From the NCBI RefSeq assembly GCF_001194135.2, contig NC_068987.1, positions 10,009,902 to 10,073,901 of the forward strand: a DNA stretch of 64,000 nt. Direction: 5' to 3'. The notes beneath the pieces are model-generated. The model did not search any database and had not been told where the DNA came from. It was given only the letters and a program-made list of their open reading frames with translations. Both the position numbers and the translations under genes were made by a program. Origin of the DNA: Octopus bimaculoides (Eukaryota). The number at the start of each line of letters is the position of its first letter. Position 1 is the stretch's first letter. Of the stretch, positions 12,475 to 26,417 are shown in pieces.

Positions 12475-13197
12475 TACAGTCTATAATGAAATCCATCGGA
12501 ACGATAACTCCGAGGATAAAGAAACAAGAACCCACAGTATGGTAGAAGCCATAGCCACTCATAATAAAAAAAATGGAATTCTGGTGGAATGTACCAGAGA
12601 AGACCTCAATAAAATGTAAGCACAACAGACCTGATATAGTGATTTGAGACAGAGGAAGAGAAACTGTGCCCAGTTGTGGAAATTAACTGCCCAGTGGATG
12701 TTAACATAAAGTTGAAGATCAGTGAAAAAGAGAATATCTATGCTGAACTATTGAGAAATCTGCAGTTACTCTATCCAGATGCGAGTTCAGGTTTATACCA
12801 GTAATTATTGGAGCCCTGGGATATGTAACACACTGCCTTAATACCAATCATGAGAAGTTAGACTTCTCAAAACTAGAAATGAGAAAGCTAATTCGAAGAT
12901 CCAATCAATCAGTGGAACTGTCAAAGTCTGTAAAACTTTCTAGAAGTTTATCATTTAAATATATACGAGTATATCTACACATGCATGTCTACATATGCAT
13001 GAGAATACAAACATAAAACAAAACACACAAATCTGCACATACATACATACATACATACATACATACATACATACAAGCAAACAAACAAAAATACCCTGTT
13101 GTTGATGTTGAAATTCCAATGAAGGAACCTTGGATCTAGGTTAGAAACCGGTTCTTTCACTATTGGCAAGGAATCTTGAAATAAACTGAATAATGAC
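12475..13197 (+). mobile_element. 3' end of an RLE-type non-LTR retrotransposon (R4/Dong-like): endonuclease domain plus 3' UTR
   Basis: The frame-joined translation reads WWNVP..CKHNRPDIVI*D..VVEINCPVDVNIKLKISEKENIYAELLRNLQLLYPD..FIPVIIGALGYV..SGTVKVCKTF*KFII* (stop 12956-12958), giving the PD..E..K pattern of restriction-like endonucleases. A presumed UTR follows and ends at a (CATA)n tract. Confidence 0.85.
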
Positions 13198-13358
13198 ATA
13201 CATACACACACATATATATACACACATGTACATACAGACATGCATATACATACACATATACATACACACATACATAGCCACATACATATATACAAACATA
13301 CATACATACATACTTGTATACACACATAGATAACACTTCGAACGCAAACCCGAGCACG

Positions 13359-13406
<48 letters not shown>

Positions 13407-13656
13407 GACGCACAAACACAGACACACACACAAACACACGAACACCTACATACTCACTCCCAAACACACATAAACACTGTCGATGTGGAAAGATCTGGGT
13501 GGTAGCTTGATCTGCTAGAAATAGCAGCTGTTGTGATGACATGGGAAGCCCTAGGTGCTTTACTGTGGGATCTCTTTCAATCGTAGACCTGCTTCGACAA
13601 GACTACTCTGGGCTGAACAGCATCCACACTCATTCATAGACGGAAATGCACGCACG

Positions 13657-13744
<88 letters not shown>

Positions 13745-13846
13745 TTCGCTTGTAAATATATAACACTAAATATACTCGCATACACACAAACACACATATA
13801 CTCACATATCCACATTTACATACTCACACAAACACATACACACAGT

Positions 13847-13884
<38 letters not shown>

Positions 13885-13990
13885 GTCACAGACGGCTTAT
13901 CCATGCTTGCCCCAGTCAAGATAGGATCTTTACGTAATGCATCGATATGTCTGAAATAGCAGTCAAATCCCTCTCAGACACATTTTATAT

Positions 13991-14389
13991 TCTTTTCTAC
14001 TCTAGCCACAAGGCCCGAAATTTTAGGGCAGGGGTGTGGTGGCAGTCGATTAGATCAACCCCAGTATGCAACCGGTACTTAATTTATCGACTCCGAAAGG
14101 ATGAAAGGCAAAGTCGACCTCGGTGGAATTTGAACTCAGAACGTAGACATACGAAATACCTATTTCTTCACTGCCCACAAGGGGCTACACACAGAGGGGA
14201 CAAACAAGGACAGACAAACGGATTAAGTCGATTATATCGACCCCAGTACGTAACTGGCACTTAATTTATCGACCCCGAAAGGATGAAAGGCAAAGTCGAC
14301 CTCGGCGGAATTTGAACTCAGAACGTAGACATACAAAATACCACTAAGTATTTCGCCCGGCGTGCTACCGTTTCTGGCAGCTGGCCGCC
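13991..14389 (-). mobile_element. Dimeric SINE family B
   Basis: Full monomer at about 14160-14389 and a head-truncated second monomer at 13991-14165. Imperfect flanking repeat gacacat(a)ttt(g)atat. Confidence 0.88.
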
Positions 14390-14499
14390 ATGACACATAT
14401 TTGATATCGTAATCCCGGTTACACTGCCTAATAAAAGACGTAATTGTCACGAGAAGAGTGTCTTTGATCATGTTTGTTTAATGAAGCGTGACTTGGAGT

Positions 14500-14877
14500 T
14501 AGACAACACACACACACATACAGACATCACATCCATTCGTATGAACATAAAAACATACATACATAATACATACAAATATAGATACACACGCCAATACGCA
14601 CATACACACACACATACATACACACACACATACATACATACATACACACACACATACATACATACATACATACATACATACGACTAAATGAATAGACATA
14701 CACAGATGGGACAGATGAAGTTCGAACACGCGCACGCACATACACACATTCTCGTACTCTCTCTCTCTCTCTCTCTCTGTCTTCCCCTCTCTTTTTCTCT
14801 CCCTCTCTTCCCATTCTCTCTCTTTCTCTCCTCTCTCGCCCCTCCTCTCGCTCTTTCACGTGCAAGGAAAGATAAAA

Positions 14878-14922
<45 letters not shown>

Positions 14923-15092
14923 CAGACAGACACACCCATAGATAGATAGATAGATAGATAGATGGGTTGATTGATTGATAAACAAACTAAACTATTCAAA
15001 CAGTCACGCAGACACACACACGTACACACACACACACAAGAACTACTGCACAGACGAGCATATATATACAGATACATATGTATGGGTGTGAA

Positions 15093-15150
<58 letters not shown>

Positions 15151-16193
15151 CACGCGGGCACGCATTTATCTCTGCTCGTGGAGAAACGCACATACGAACC
15201 GCGCGCGCAGTTGGTGCATCGATAAAGCAGACACGATTTCAGGCACAAACCCGAAGAGGCACACACATACACACACGCACACACACACATACATGCACGC
15301 ACACACACACATACACACACGCACACACACATACACACACAGACACTGTCTCTGTCCTTCACATACAGATATACTTGGAAACGCTCACACATATTACAAG
15401 CGTGTACATATGCAAGGTTACAGAACTACATAGGGCCCGTGCACGTACACACACAAACACACAAACACATAAACACACAAACACACAAACACATAAACAC
15501 ACAAACATTCATACACACGCAATAACATATATATTTTACACACACAGATATTCACACAAACTAACATGCACGCATGCATACACACACGCGCATATGCACA
15601 TACACTGACTCACGCACACGTACACGCACATCCGCGTGTACAAACACGCACACTTCCGCACACACCCACACACACACACACACATACTATCTCCCTCACA
15701 CACACACACACACACACTCTCTCTCTCTCACATTTTCTCTCTTTCTCTCTCTCTATCACACACACTCACACACACGTACACTCACTATCACATACACACA
15801 CACAAACATACGCATACAAAAACACACACATATACAAACAGGTAGATACACACACATACTTTCCCCCTCTCTCTCTCTCTCTCTCTCTCTTTCTATCACA
15901 CGTCAGACACATACACACTCTCTATCACACACACGCACACTCTATTACACATACACACACACACACACACAAACATACACACACGCAAACAAGCAGATAC
16001 ACATATTCTATCCTTCTCTCTTTCTCTCACACCTACAAACACACACACACACTCTCTGTATCACACTCATACACACATACACTCATACACACATACACTC
16101 ATACACACATACACTCATACACACATACACTCATACACACATACACTCATACACACATACACTCATACACACATACACTCATACACACATACA
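14500..16193 (+). repeat. Compound CA/CT/GA/TG-rich low-complexity region ending in a 16-bp tandem repeat (ACTCATACACACATAC)n at about 16063-16193
   Basis: Direct reading; the 16-bp period runs into the gap at 16194. Confidence 0.9.
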
Positions 16194-16942
16194 NNNNNNN
16201 NNNNNNNNNNNNNNNNNNNNNNNNNNNNNNNNNNNNNNNNNNNNNNNNNNNNNNNNNNNNNNNNNNNNNNNNNNNNNNNNNNNNNNNNNNNNNNNNNNNN
16301 NNNNNNNNNNNNNNNNNNNNNNNNNNNNNNNNNNNNNNNNNNNNNNNNNNNNNNNNNNNNNNNNNNNNNNNNNNNNNNNNNNNNNNNNNNNNNNNNNNNN
16401 NNNNNNNNNNNNNNNNNNNNNNNNNNNNNNNNNNNNNNNNNNNNNNNNNNNNNNNNNNNNNNNNNNNNNNNNNNNNNNNNNNNNNNNNNNNNNNNNNNNN
16501 NNNNNNNNNNNNNNNNNNNNNNNNNNNNNNNNNNNNNNNNNNNNNNNNNNNNNNNNNNNNNNNNNNNNNNNNNNNNNNNNNNNNNNNNNNNNNNNNNNNN
16601 NNNNNNNNNNNNNNNNNNNNNNNNNNNNNNNNNNNNNNNNNNNNNNNNNNNNNNNNNNNNNNNNNNNNNNNNNNNNNNNNNNNNNNNNNNNNNNNNNNNN
16701 NNNNNNNNNNNNNNNNNNNNNNNNNNNNNNNNNNNNNNNNNNNNNNNNNNNNNNNNNNNNNNNNNNNNNNNNNNNNNNNNNNNNNNNNNNNNNNNNNNNN
16801 NNNNNNNNNNNNNNNNNNNNNNNNNNNNNNNNNNNNNNNNNNNNNNNNNNNNNNNNNNNNNNNNNNNNNNNNNNNNNNNNNNNNNNNNNNNAATTATCTG
16901 GTGTGTATATATATATATATACATATATATATACATATATAC

Positions 16943-16978
<36 letters not shown>

Positions 16979-16979
16979 C

Positions 16980-17014
<35 letters not shown>

Positions 17015-17289
17015 GCGCGGACGTGACTGTGTGGTAAGAAACTTGCTCCGCACCCACATGGTTCCGGGTTCAGTCCCCACTATAGACTATTATCTATCTA
17101 GCTGGTTATCAAGCTAAACTTAAATACATGTATATATTACATATACAGGACTATATTTGATTACAAAGCAAAATTAATGATGAATACACATTGCTTGTAC
17201 ATAATGAATACTAACAATAATAACGTCATATAATATTGTGTCTGAGGAGAGTTATTCTCTTTTAGTGCCGTATTACTTAACACACGCAC

Positions 17290-17421
17290 TGGTTCGATTT
17301 CCACTCATTTATTATTTTTTTTTCTTCTAAAATTTTCGTTGCGTCTTGCAACTTCTTCAAACGAAACGTCATATAAGTGAAACGGGAAATGTTTCGGTGC
17401 GTTACTTTTCGCCCACCCTTT
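17290..17421. mobile_element. Possible Tc1/mariner-type terminus
   Basis: Ends in GTTACTTTTCGCCCACCCTT followed by TATATA, resembling a CAGGGTGGGCCAAAAGT-type TIR. No partner TIR found. Confidence 0.3.
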
Positions 17422-17446
17422 ATATATAATATATACATATATGTAG

Positions 17447-17490
<44 letters not shown>

Positions 17491-18120
17491 GTGGTTGCTG
17501 AGCGAATGTTGTACGTATGTGAGCGATTGCATGAGGCCGCGTGTGAGTACAAGCTTAGGTGAATGTGTATTAATCTGTCTGTCAGTTTGTCTAGCTCAGT
17601 GGCTCTCAGCCGGGATCCATGTGATCCTTAGAGGCTTCCATATAAGATTTCGTTGTTAAAATTTATTTGTAATAAAATTGTTTATACATTCTACAATACA
17701 CAAAATAATTCAACTATACTTTTAAACACATTTTCTTATAATATTCGATTACAGAATTTATATAAGGAATTTTTAAACATCGAATCGCTATAAATGCGCA
17801 TCCGAATAAACTAGGAATCAAAAAGATGGTTTGAGAACTACTGGATTCCCGCCGCTTATCTGCTTGCACGCGAACGTGTTGCTGTTTTTGCTGTGGTAGA
17901 TAAAGAGGATGAATGAGTCTCTGAGGTAAGACGTGGGTGTTTGAGATTGTGCGCGTACGTGACTTTTCTCTCAAAAGCCTTTAAGGCGATAAGGAGCTGA
18001 CAAATCTTTTTTTAAAAAAGAAAAAACTCCGGAACCAAATAAAAGACATGAAGAGGGGGTGCTATCCAGGGAAAGATGGGAGCACATTGTGATAAGCAAT
18101 ATATATATATATATATATAC

Positions 18121-18532
18121 TCTTTTACTTGTTTCAGTCATTTGACTGTGGCCATGCTGGAGCACCACTTTTAGTTGAGCAAACCGACCCCAGGACTTAT
18201 TCTTTGTAAGCCTAGTACTTATTCTCTCGGTCTCTTTTGCCGAACCGCTAAGTTACGGGTACGTAAACACACCAGCATCGGTTGTCAAGCGACGGTGGGG
18301 AGACAAACACAGACATACAAACACTCACACACATATACACATACATATATATATATATATACATATATACGACGGGCTTCTTTCAGTTTCCGCCTACCAA
18401 ATCCACTCACAAGGCTTTGGTTGGCCCGAGACTATAGTAGAAGACACTTGCCTCGGGTACCACGCAGCGGGACTGAACCCGGAACCATGTGGTTCGTAAG
18501 CAAGCTACTTACCACACAGCCAACCCTATGCA
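18121..18532 (-). mobile_element. SINE family A, full length (tRNA head, CORE-like segment, internal TA/CA microsatellite)
   Basis: Minus strand has an A box TGGCTGTGTGG and a B box GGTTCAGTCCC. Other copies carry ccttgggcaagtgtc, which resembles the CORE-SINE domain. The tail is ..gactgaaacaagtaaaaga. Confidence 0.92.
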
Positions 18533-18543
18533 TATATATATAT

Positions 18544-18600
18544 ATGGGCGGTGCTGAATAGTTTCTGGCTTTAAGGGTGTCGCGAAAGGCCTTGTTGGAG
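18544..18600 (+). mobile_element. Mariner-like MITE terminus fragment
   Basis: TA-TGGGCGGTGCTGAATAGTTTCTGGCTTT resembles mariner TIRs of the GGGGTGCTGAAAAGTTC type and starts in a (TA)n tract. Second TIR not seen. Confidence 0.35.
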
Positions 18601-18818
18601 CCACAGCAGACATAGATCTGAACTGAGCACTCAGACCCGTGACGTGAGGCCCCCGACCAACTGTCAACTGTGAACAACGGCTTAAGACGTCACCTGCCAT
18701 AGTTCTAGCGTTTGGTGCGGCAATGTTTTTGATAATGTTGTGGTTGTTATTGATGTTAGAGTAGTTGTGGTTGTTGTTGTGGTTGTTGTTGTTGTGGCGT
18801 TGTTGTGTTGCATTTATT

Positions 18819-19214
18819 TTTACCTTTTACTTGTTCGAGTCATTAGACTGCGGCCCCGGTGCATTAAATCGACGCCAGTGCTCACCGTTCTTTTTTTATT
18901 TTATTTATTTAAAGCCTGATACGTATTCCATCGATTTCTAATGCCGAACCGCTAAGTTACGGTAACGTAAACACAACAACACCGATTGCCAAGCGGTGAC
19001 AGAGAAAACACACAGACACAAACACACACATACATACATACACACACAGAGGACAGGCTTCTTTCAGTTTCTGTCTACCAAATCCATTCACAGAGCATTA
19101 ATCACTCTGAGGCTATAGCAAAAGACACTCGCCCAAGGTGCCACGCAGTAGGAACTGAACCCGAAGCCATATTTTGGGGAAGCTGGCCACTTACCACACA
19201 ACCACACATGCGCC
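18819..19214 (-). mobile_element. SINE family A, older full-length copy
   Basis: Colinear, diverged match to 18121-18532. Confidence 0.85.
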
Positions 19215-19830
19215 ATTTTGTTGAGCTTGTAGCATTTACGTACTATTGTAGCATTTCATTATTGATGTCACTGTACAGCTTGTTAATATCGTTATGTAGC
19301 GTTTATTTTGTAGTGTTTGTTGTTGCAGTTGTACATCTTCTTCTTGTGCCTGTTGTTATGTTTGCTATTGTAGAGTTTTTATTGATCGTCTTGTAGTCTT
19401 TAACGTTACTTTTTGTTGTTGTTGTTTTCGTCTTGCTGTTGTTGCTTGCGGGGGGGGGGGAGCAAGTATCTGTGACGATAAGGGTGAACGGGCAAAAGTG
19501 TGTGAGAGTGGATGTGTGTCTGAGCCTGCCTGTCAATGTGCGAGGATGCTCTTATTGATATGAGTGGGAGGATCGGTGCGGTTGAGTGAAGGTAGGAGTA
19601 AGGGTGAGCGAGTGATTGAGTTACTCTGTCATTGCGTCTCCATCTCTGTCTGTCTGTGTGGGATTGGTGTATAATAGCGATAGAAGAGTTCTAACAGTGA
19701 TTCAAAAGCTTAGGCTTCTATGCCAATGTACTTAGCTAAGTACATTGGATCGAAGTTCTAGCATACATACATACACACTACATAGACACACACGCACACA
19801 CTCATGAATACATACATACATACATACATA

Positions 19831-20202
19831 CAGGAGTGGCTGTATAGTAAGTAGATCGCTTCCCAACCACATGGTTCCGGGTTCAGTCCCGCTGCGTGGC
19901 ACCTTGGGCAAGTGTCTTCTACTATAGCCTCTGGCCACTCACCAAAGCCTTGTGAGTGGATTTGGAAGACGGAAACTGAAAGAAGCCCGTCGTACATATA
20001 TTTATATAAATGTATATATTTGTGTCTGTGTTTGTCCCCCCCCCCACCATCGCTTAACAATCGATGTTGGTGTGTTTACTCCCTGTAACTTAGCGGTTCG
20101 GCGAAAGTGAACGATAGAATAAGTACTAGATTTACAAAGAATAAGTCTTGGGGGTCACTTTTGTTCGACTAAAAGGCGGTGCTCCAGCATGGCCACAGTC
20201 AA
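19831..20202 (+). mobile_element. SINE family A, near full length (runs into a gap)
   Basis: caggagtggctgt..ggttccgggttcagtccc..ggcaccttgggcaagtgtcttctactatagcc..gtgctccagcatggcc. Confidence 0.92.
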
Positions 20203-20756
20203 NNNNNNNNNNNNNNNNNNNNNNNNNNNNNNNNNNNNNNNNNNNNNNNNNNNNNNNNNNNNNNNNNNNNNNNNNNNNNNNNNNNNNNNNNNNNNNNNNN
20301 NNNNNNNNNNNNNNNNNNNNNNNNNNNNNNNNNNNNNNNNNNNNNNNNNNNNNNATATATATATATATATACATATGTATTATTTGTATATGGCCGACGA
20401 CCAAGGAAATCAGGTATGGTGTTATCAGAACCATATTTACCAATGATTACAGATTTCTTTGATCTTATCACTACTCAGGTGTTTCTTGGTAACACTCATA
20501 CTCCTCTAAGTTATATCGACCTGATTTAAGATTTAGAAACTATCGGAGAATATATTTAGAACGACTAACATTCACTTTTAGGCTCATAAACGAGAAAAGG
20601 TCACACACAGTCTGGGTGAAGCAAAGGCAACGCAAATAATTCAAGAATATGTTGCCGGACATCCTGCAGAAGAAAAGGCTAGTTGAGAGCGCCGAGTCGC
20701 GATCATCGTCCAGTATGTTCCCGGAAATTATATATGAAATTATATAGATATACTCT

Positions 20757-21164
20757 CTCTTTACTCCCTTTTACTTGTTTCAGTCATTTGACTGCGGCCT
20801 TGCTGCAGCACCGCCTTTAGTCGAGCAAATCGACCCCAGGACTTATTCTTTGTAAGCCTAGTACTTATTCTATCGGTTACTTTTGCCGAACCGCTAAGTT
20901 AAGGGGACGTAAACACACCAATATCGGTTGTCAAGCGATGTTGGGGGGGACAAACACAGACACACAAACATATACACACACATACAAATATATATACATA
21001 TATACGACGGGCTTCTTTCAGTTTCTATCTACCAAATCCACTCACAAGGCTTTGGTCGGCCCGAGGCTATAGTAGAAGACACTTGCCCAAGGTGCCACGC
21101 AGTGGGACTGAACCCGGAACCATGTGGCTGGTAAGCAAGCTACTTACCACACAGTCACTCTTAC
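20757..21164 (-). mobile_element. SINE family A, full length
   Basis: Colinear match to the family consensus inferred from the other copies. Confidence 0.92.
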
Positions 21165-21184
21165 NNNNNNNNNNNNNNNNNNNN

Positions 21185-21216
<32 letters not shown>

Positions 21217-21605
21217 GAAAGGTTATGTAAAATTCAGACGATCACCTCGGCAGCACTTCATGGTTAGCATAGTGTCCGAATTGTTGTGTAAAGTTATATC
21301 GTTTAATTAATGAAAAGTTGATTGGTTATACCTCGGGCAATTATTAAAGGAGCAATTCGCTAATGCAGGGAATGTATATCAAATAGGAATGATGCAATTC
21401 TCAGAACGTGCATTAAAATAATTGAGGACAGCTTATTTGCGTTGGGGAATCTCAGGCAAAATAGTTGTGGTCTAGCACAGAGAGACAACAGGCTAACGTC
21501 ATTAGTAGGAGAGACTGGGATATGTGAACTTTTAGAATTTAAAAGAAAAATATTTCTCGGGAGGGGGAAAAAAAAACCTTCTGGAATTTTAAACGAAGAT
21601 TTCCA

Positions 21606-21714
21606 CACAGTTCATGTAATCTAAAAAGGGTCTCCTCACAGTTCATGTAATCTAAAAAGTCTCCTCACAGTTCATGTAATCTAAAAAGGGTCTCCTCACA
21701 GTTCATGTAATCTA
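21606..21714 (+). repeat. Minisatellite, about 3.6 copies of a 29-31 bp unit CACAGTTCATGTAATCTAAAAAG(GG)TCTCCT
   Basis: Units of 31, 29, 31 and a partial 18 bp. Confidence 0.95.
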
Positions 21715-22096
21715 TTAAAAGCTCTCCCATTTTACCCTGCCTCACTTTACCATTTTTTCACTTTTTCATTTTTCAACTCCGTCATTTTTTTCATTTTTTG
21801 CTTTTCGACTCTCCGTCGCTAATTGCTAATTTCTCAATTATCACCTTCTTCTACTTCTTCATTCATGCTGTCATCCTCCTATTACGTTCACAAGTGCCTT
21901 AACGCCAGCCCATAGTAACTTCTCTCAATTTCTCTTAGCTTAGCGTCCCCTGTTTCTTTCCCACACTACACTTTGCTCCCAAATTTCACCTTTCGAACTC
22001 CTCCTACTAACGGTGTTATCTGGTTGTCACTCTGTACTGGACATGAGGACAAAACTGTCATTAATATATGTGTGTGTGTGTGTGTGTGATATAGTG

Positions 22097-22236
22097 GTTT
22101 CAGAGGAAGCGGTTTAGTCGGTTACATCGACGCCAATGCTCAATTGCTACTTATATTAGTGACCCCCAATGGCAAAGTCGACTTAGGCTGAATTTGAACT
22201 CAGAACGTAAGAAACGGACGAAATACCGCTTAGCAT
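22097..22236 (-). mobile_element. SINE family B fragment
   Basis: ggcaaagtcgac..aatttgaactcagaacgtaa..gacgaaataccgcttagca. Confidence 0.75.
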
Positions 22237-22316
22237 ATATATATATATATATATATATGCATATATATTTACAAATGATGTGTGTGTATTTATCTATCTA
22301 TCTATCTATATCTCCT

Positions 22317-22388
<72 letters not shown>

Positions 22389-22481
22389 AAACTTACACAC
22401 ATATGCATGCATATATATGTATGTGTGTCTATAACACGGAGCTATAAACGCATTCATATTCATTTACATACNNNNNNNNNN

Positions 22482-22534
<53 letters not shown>

Positions 22535-23285
22535 ACACACACATACTTATATTAATATACATATATTTATATTATATACATGCGTATATATACATATATA
22601 TACATATATGTATACATTTATATATACACATATATACATTTATATATACATATATATATGCACATATATATATACATATATATATAAATTTATATATACA
22701 TATATATACACATTTATATATACCTTTATATATACGTATATATATACATATATATGCATATATGTATATACATATATATATATATACATATATATACATA
22801 TATATANNNNNNNNNNNNNNNNNNNNNNNNNNNNNNNNNNNNNNNNNNNNNNNNNNNNNNNNNNNNNNNNNNNNNNNNNNNNNNNNNNNNNNNNNNNNNN
22901 NNNNNNNNNNNNNNNNNNNNNNNNNNNNNNNNNNNNNNNNNNNNNNNNNNNNNNNNNNNNNNNNNNNNNNNNNNNNNNNNNNNNNNNNNNNNNNNNNNNN
23001 NNNNNNNNNNNNNNNNNNNNNNNNNNNNNNNNNNNNNNNNNNNNNNNNNNNNNNNNNNNNNNNNNNNNNNNNNNNNNNNNNNNNTATACACACATATATA
23101 CATATATTTATATATACATATATATACATATATAGATATCCACCCACACATATATGTATTTATATACATATGTATGTTTGTCTGTATTCATGCATGTATG
23201 TATGCATGTACGTATGTATGTATGTATGTACGTATGTATGTATGTATGTATGTATGTATGTGTGTATGTGTGCACGTATGTATGT
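22237..23285 (+). repeat. Compound (TA)n/(TATACA)n/(TATG)n microsatellite with gaps
   Basis: Direct reading. Confidence 0.9.
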
Positions 23286-23715
23286 AGCCAATGTAAATGC
23301 TGGTTGGCTGATTTCTCGAGTCACACTTTATATATTACAAAAGAAGGTAGTGAGAGGGTATGAAAGCGATCCAGTGAGTTAGGATAAAACTTGCGCGTAG
23401 TAAGCTTGGCGGCAGGAGGAGAGGGTGTAAGTAATACGGTATTTTATGAGAAACAAATGAGAAAATTAGTCTGTTTTTTTTTAAATTTATTCTAAGACAA
23501 TAAATAAGACAATAAATAATCTCAGTATTCTTTGCAGTAAAGTGAAATTTGATAAAAAGCTAAGTTTTTATTGTGTACTTCTTGATATCACTTAAGACGG
23601 TAACGTTATACATTCCAAAGTCACCTGTCTTCTGAAAATGTGTATACAAATGAACACACGCGCATCCTTCACAAATAGACATTTAATTGTAGCACACACT
23701 TGTCTCTACTTATCA

Positions 23716-23750
<35 letters not shown>

Positions 23751-23752
<2 letters not shown>

Positions 23753-24778
23753 GCGTAGGAGTGGCTGTGTGGTAAGTAGCTTGCTTACCAACCACATGGT
23801 TCCGGGTTCAGTCCCACTACGTGGCACCTTGGGCAAGTGTCTTCTACTATAGCCTCGGGCCGACCAAAGCCTTGTGAGTGGATTTGGTAGACGGAAACTG
23901 AAAGAAGTCCGTCGTATATATGTATATATATGTATGTGTGTGTATATNNNNNNNNNNNNNNNNNNNNNNNNNNNNNNNNNNNNNNNNNNNNNNNNNNNNN
24001 NNNNNNNNNNNNNNNNNNNNNNNNNNNNNNNNNNNNNNNNNNNNNNNNNNNNNNNNNNNNNNNNNNNNNNNNNNNNNNNNNNNNNNNNNNNNNNNNNNNN
24101 NNNNNNNNNNNNNNNNNNNNNNNNNNNNNNNNNNNNNNNNNNNNNNNNNNNNNNNNNNNNNNNNNNNNNNNNNNNNNNNNNNNNNNNNNNNNNNNNNNNN
24201 NNNNNNNNNNNNNNNNNNNNNNNNNNNNNNNNNNNNNNNNNNNNNNNNNNNNNNNNNNNNNNNNNNNNNNNNNNNNNNNNNNNNNNNNNNNNNNNNNNNN
24301 NNNNNNNNNNNNNNNNNNNNNNNNNNNNNNNNNNNNNNNNNNNNNNNNNNNNNNNNNNNNNNNNNNNNNNNNNNNNNNNNNNNNNNNNNNNNNNNNNNNN
24401 NNNNNNNNNNNNNNNNNNNNNNNNNNNNNNNNNNNNNNNNNNNNNNNNNNNNNNNNNNNNNNNNNNNNNNNNNNNNNNNNNNNNNNNNNNNNNNNNNNNN
24501 NNNNNNNNNNNNNNNNNNNNNNNNNNNNNNNNNNNNNNNNNNNNNNNNNNNNNNNNNNNNNNNNNNNNNNNNNNNNNNNNNNNNNNNNNNNNNNNNNNNN
24601 NNNNNNNNNNNNNNNNNNNNNNNNNNNNNNNNNNNNNNNNNNNNNNNNNNNNNNNNNNNNNNNNNNNNNNNNNNNNNNNNNNNNNNNNNNNNNNNNNNNN
24701 NNNNNNNNNNNNNNNNNNNNNNNNNNNNNNNNNNNNNNNNNNNNNNNNNNNNNNNNNNNNNNNNNNNNNNNNNNNNNN

Positions 24779-24816
<38 letters not shown>

Positions 24817-25025
24817 TTATTTGTGTCTGTGTTTGTCCCCCACCCACCATCGCTTGACAAGCGATGGTGGTGTGTTTCGCCACCCCGTCCCGTCGCTTAA
24901 TAGTCCGGCAAAAGAGACCGATAGAATAACTACTAGGCTTGCTAAGAATAAGTCCTGGGGTCGATTTGTTCGGCTAAAGGCAGTGCTCCAGCATGGCCAC
25001 AGTCGAATGACTGAAATAAATACAA
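23751..25025 (+). mobile_element. SINE family A spanning an 831-nt gap in its internal microsatellite
   Basis: 5' half at 23751-23947 and 3' half at 24779-25025 are on the same strand and in the expected order. Confidence 0.8.
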
Positions 25026-25091
25026 AGAATAAAAAAAAGAATATACATGCACCCACATGCGCACACGCACACATACCAAATACCTATATAC

Positions 25092-25147
<56 letters not shown>

Positions 25148-25491
25148 CTGTCGCTCTTCCGAAATAACAATGATTTCATATTGAGGCACAAAGTGAGCAA
25201 TCCCGAGGGAAGTTGGGTGGTTAAAACCACGAACCACAGTACTTCATCGCCCACGGATCAAACACCAATAGGTAGGGGTCCCGACGCTCTTAGAATCCTG
25301 CCATCTCGCCGCCCTTATGAAGGTATTGTCAATCCAGCAATTGATAAGAGGATGGGGGTCGGTCCATATTCTGAATTCCAGTACTTGACAAATAGACAAC
25401 TACTTTATTTTATCGACCCTGGAGTGATGAAAGGCAAAGCTAACCTCGGTATATGTGAAAACTGGTAATGATGATGATGATGATGATGATA

Positions 25492-25690
25492 CAAGCCCAG
25501 CAAGTTCGGGGGTGGGGGTAAGTCGATTACGTCGACCCCAGTACTTAACTGGTACTTATTTTATCGACCCGAAAAAGGACGAAAGGGAGAGTCGACCTCG
25601 GTGGCATTTGAACTTAGAACGCGAAGATGGATGAAATGCCGCTAAGCATTTTTGTCCAGCTTGCTAACGATTCTGGTAGCTCATTGCGTT
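25492..25690 (-). mobile_element. SINE family B copy
   Basis: Colinear match to the B family. Confidence 0.8.
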
Positions 25691-25831
25691 AGTAGTAGTA
25701 GTAGTAGTAGTAGGAAGAAGAAGAAGAAGAAGAAGAAGAAGAAGAAGAAGAAGAAGAAGGAATGTGAATAAAGGATGATAATTAAAAAAATTACAATACT
25801 AATAATAATAATGATAACATTAATAATAATA

Positions 25832-25895
<64 letters not shown>

Positions 25896-25900
25896 TAATA
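25688..25900 (+). repeat. Adjacent (TAG)n, (AAG)n and (AAT)n microsatellites
   Basis: Direct reading. Confidence 0.95.
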
Positions 25901-26111
25901 ATTACACACCTTGGGGAGAAACTTTCGAAGTGCAGATCCATAATTTCATTAGGCATGCAAAGGCCTCGGTTAGATACACACACACACATACACACATACA
26001 CACACAGGCTCCCCCCCCCACACACCCCACACTTATATGAACTATAGATACCTATATGTGTGTCTATGTAAACATACGTACGTTTAATGATACATATGTA
26101 TATATATATAC

Positions 26112-26187
<76 letters not shown>

Positions 26188-26383
26188 GTATGTATATAAG
26201 AATATGCATATACATGCGTATATATAAGTATGTATCATACATATATACATACATGCATACATACATACACACACAAAATGTATTTGTATTGCTGTATTTT
26301 AGGGAACAAGAGAAATATGAATGACAAGTGTCAAATGATAATTGTGAGTGTGCAAAGAAGCTTGTCTTTTGCATAAGTTTACA

Positions 26384-26417
<34 letters not shown>

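Noticed and set aside
6480-13197. RT fragment and RLE fragment as parts of one LINE
   Set aside because: They are on opposite strands, differ greatly in decay, and are separated by unrelated elements.
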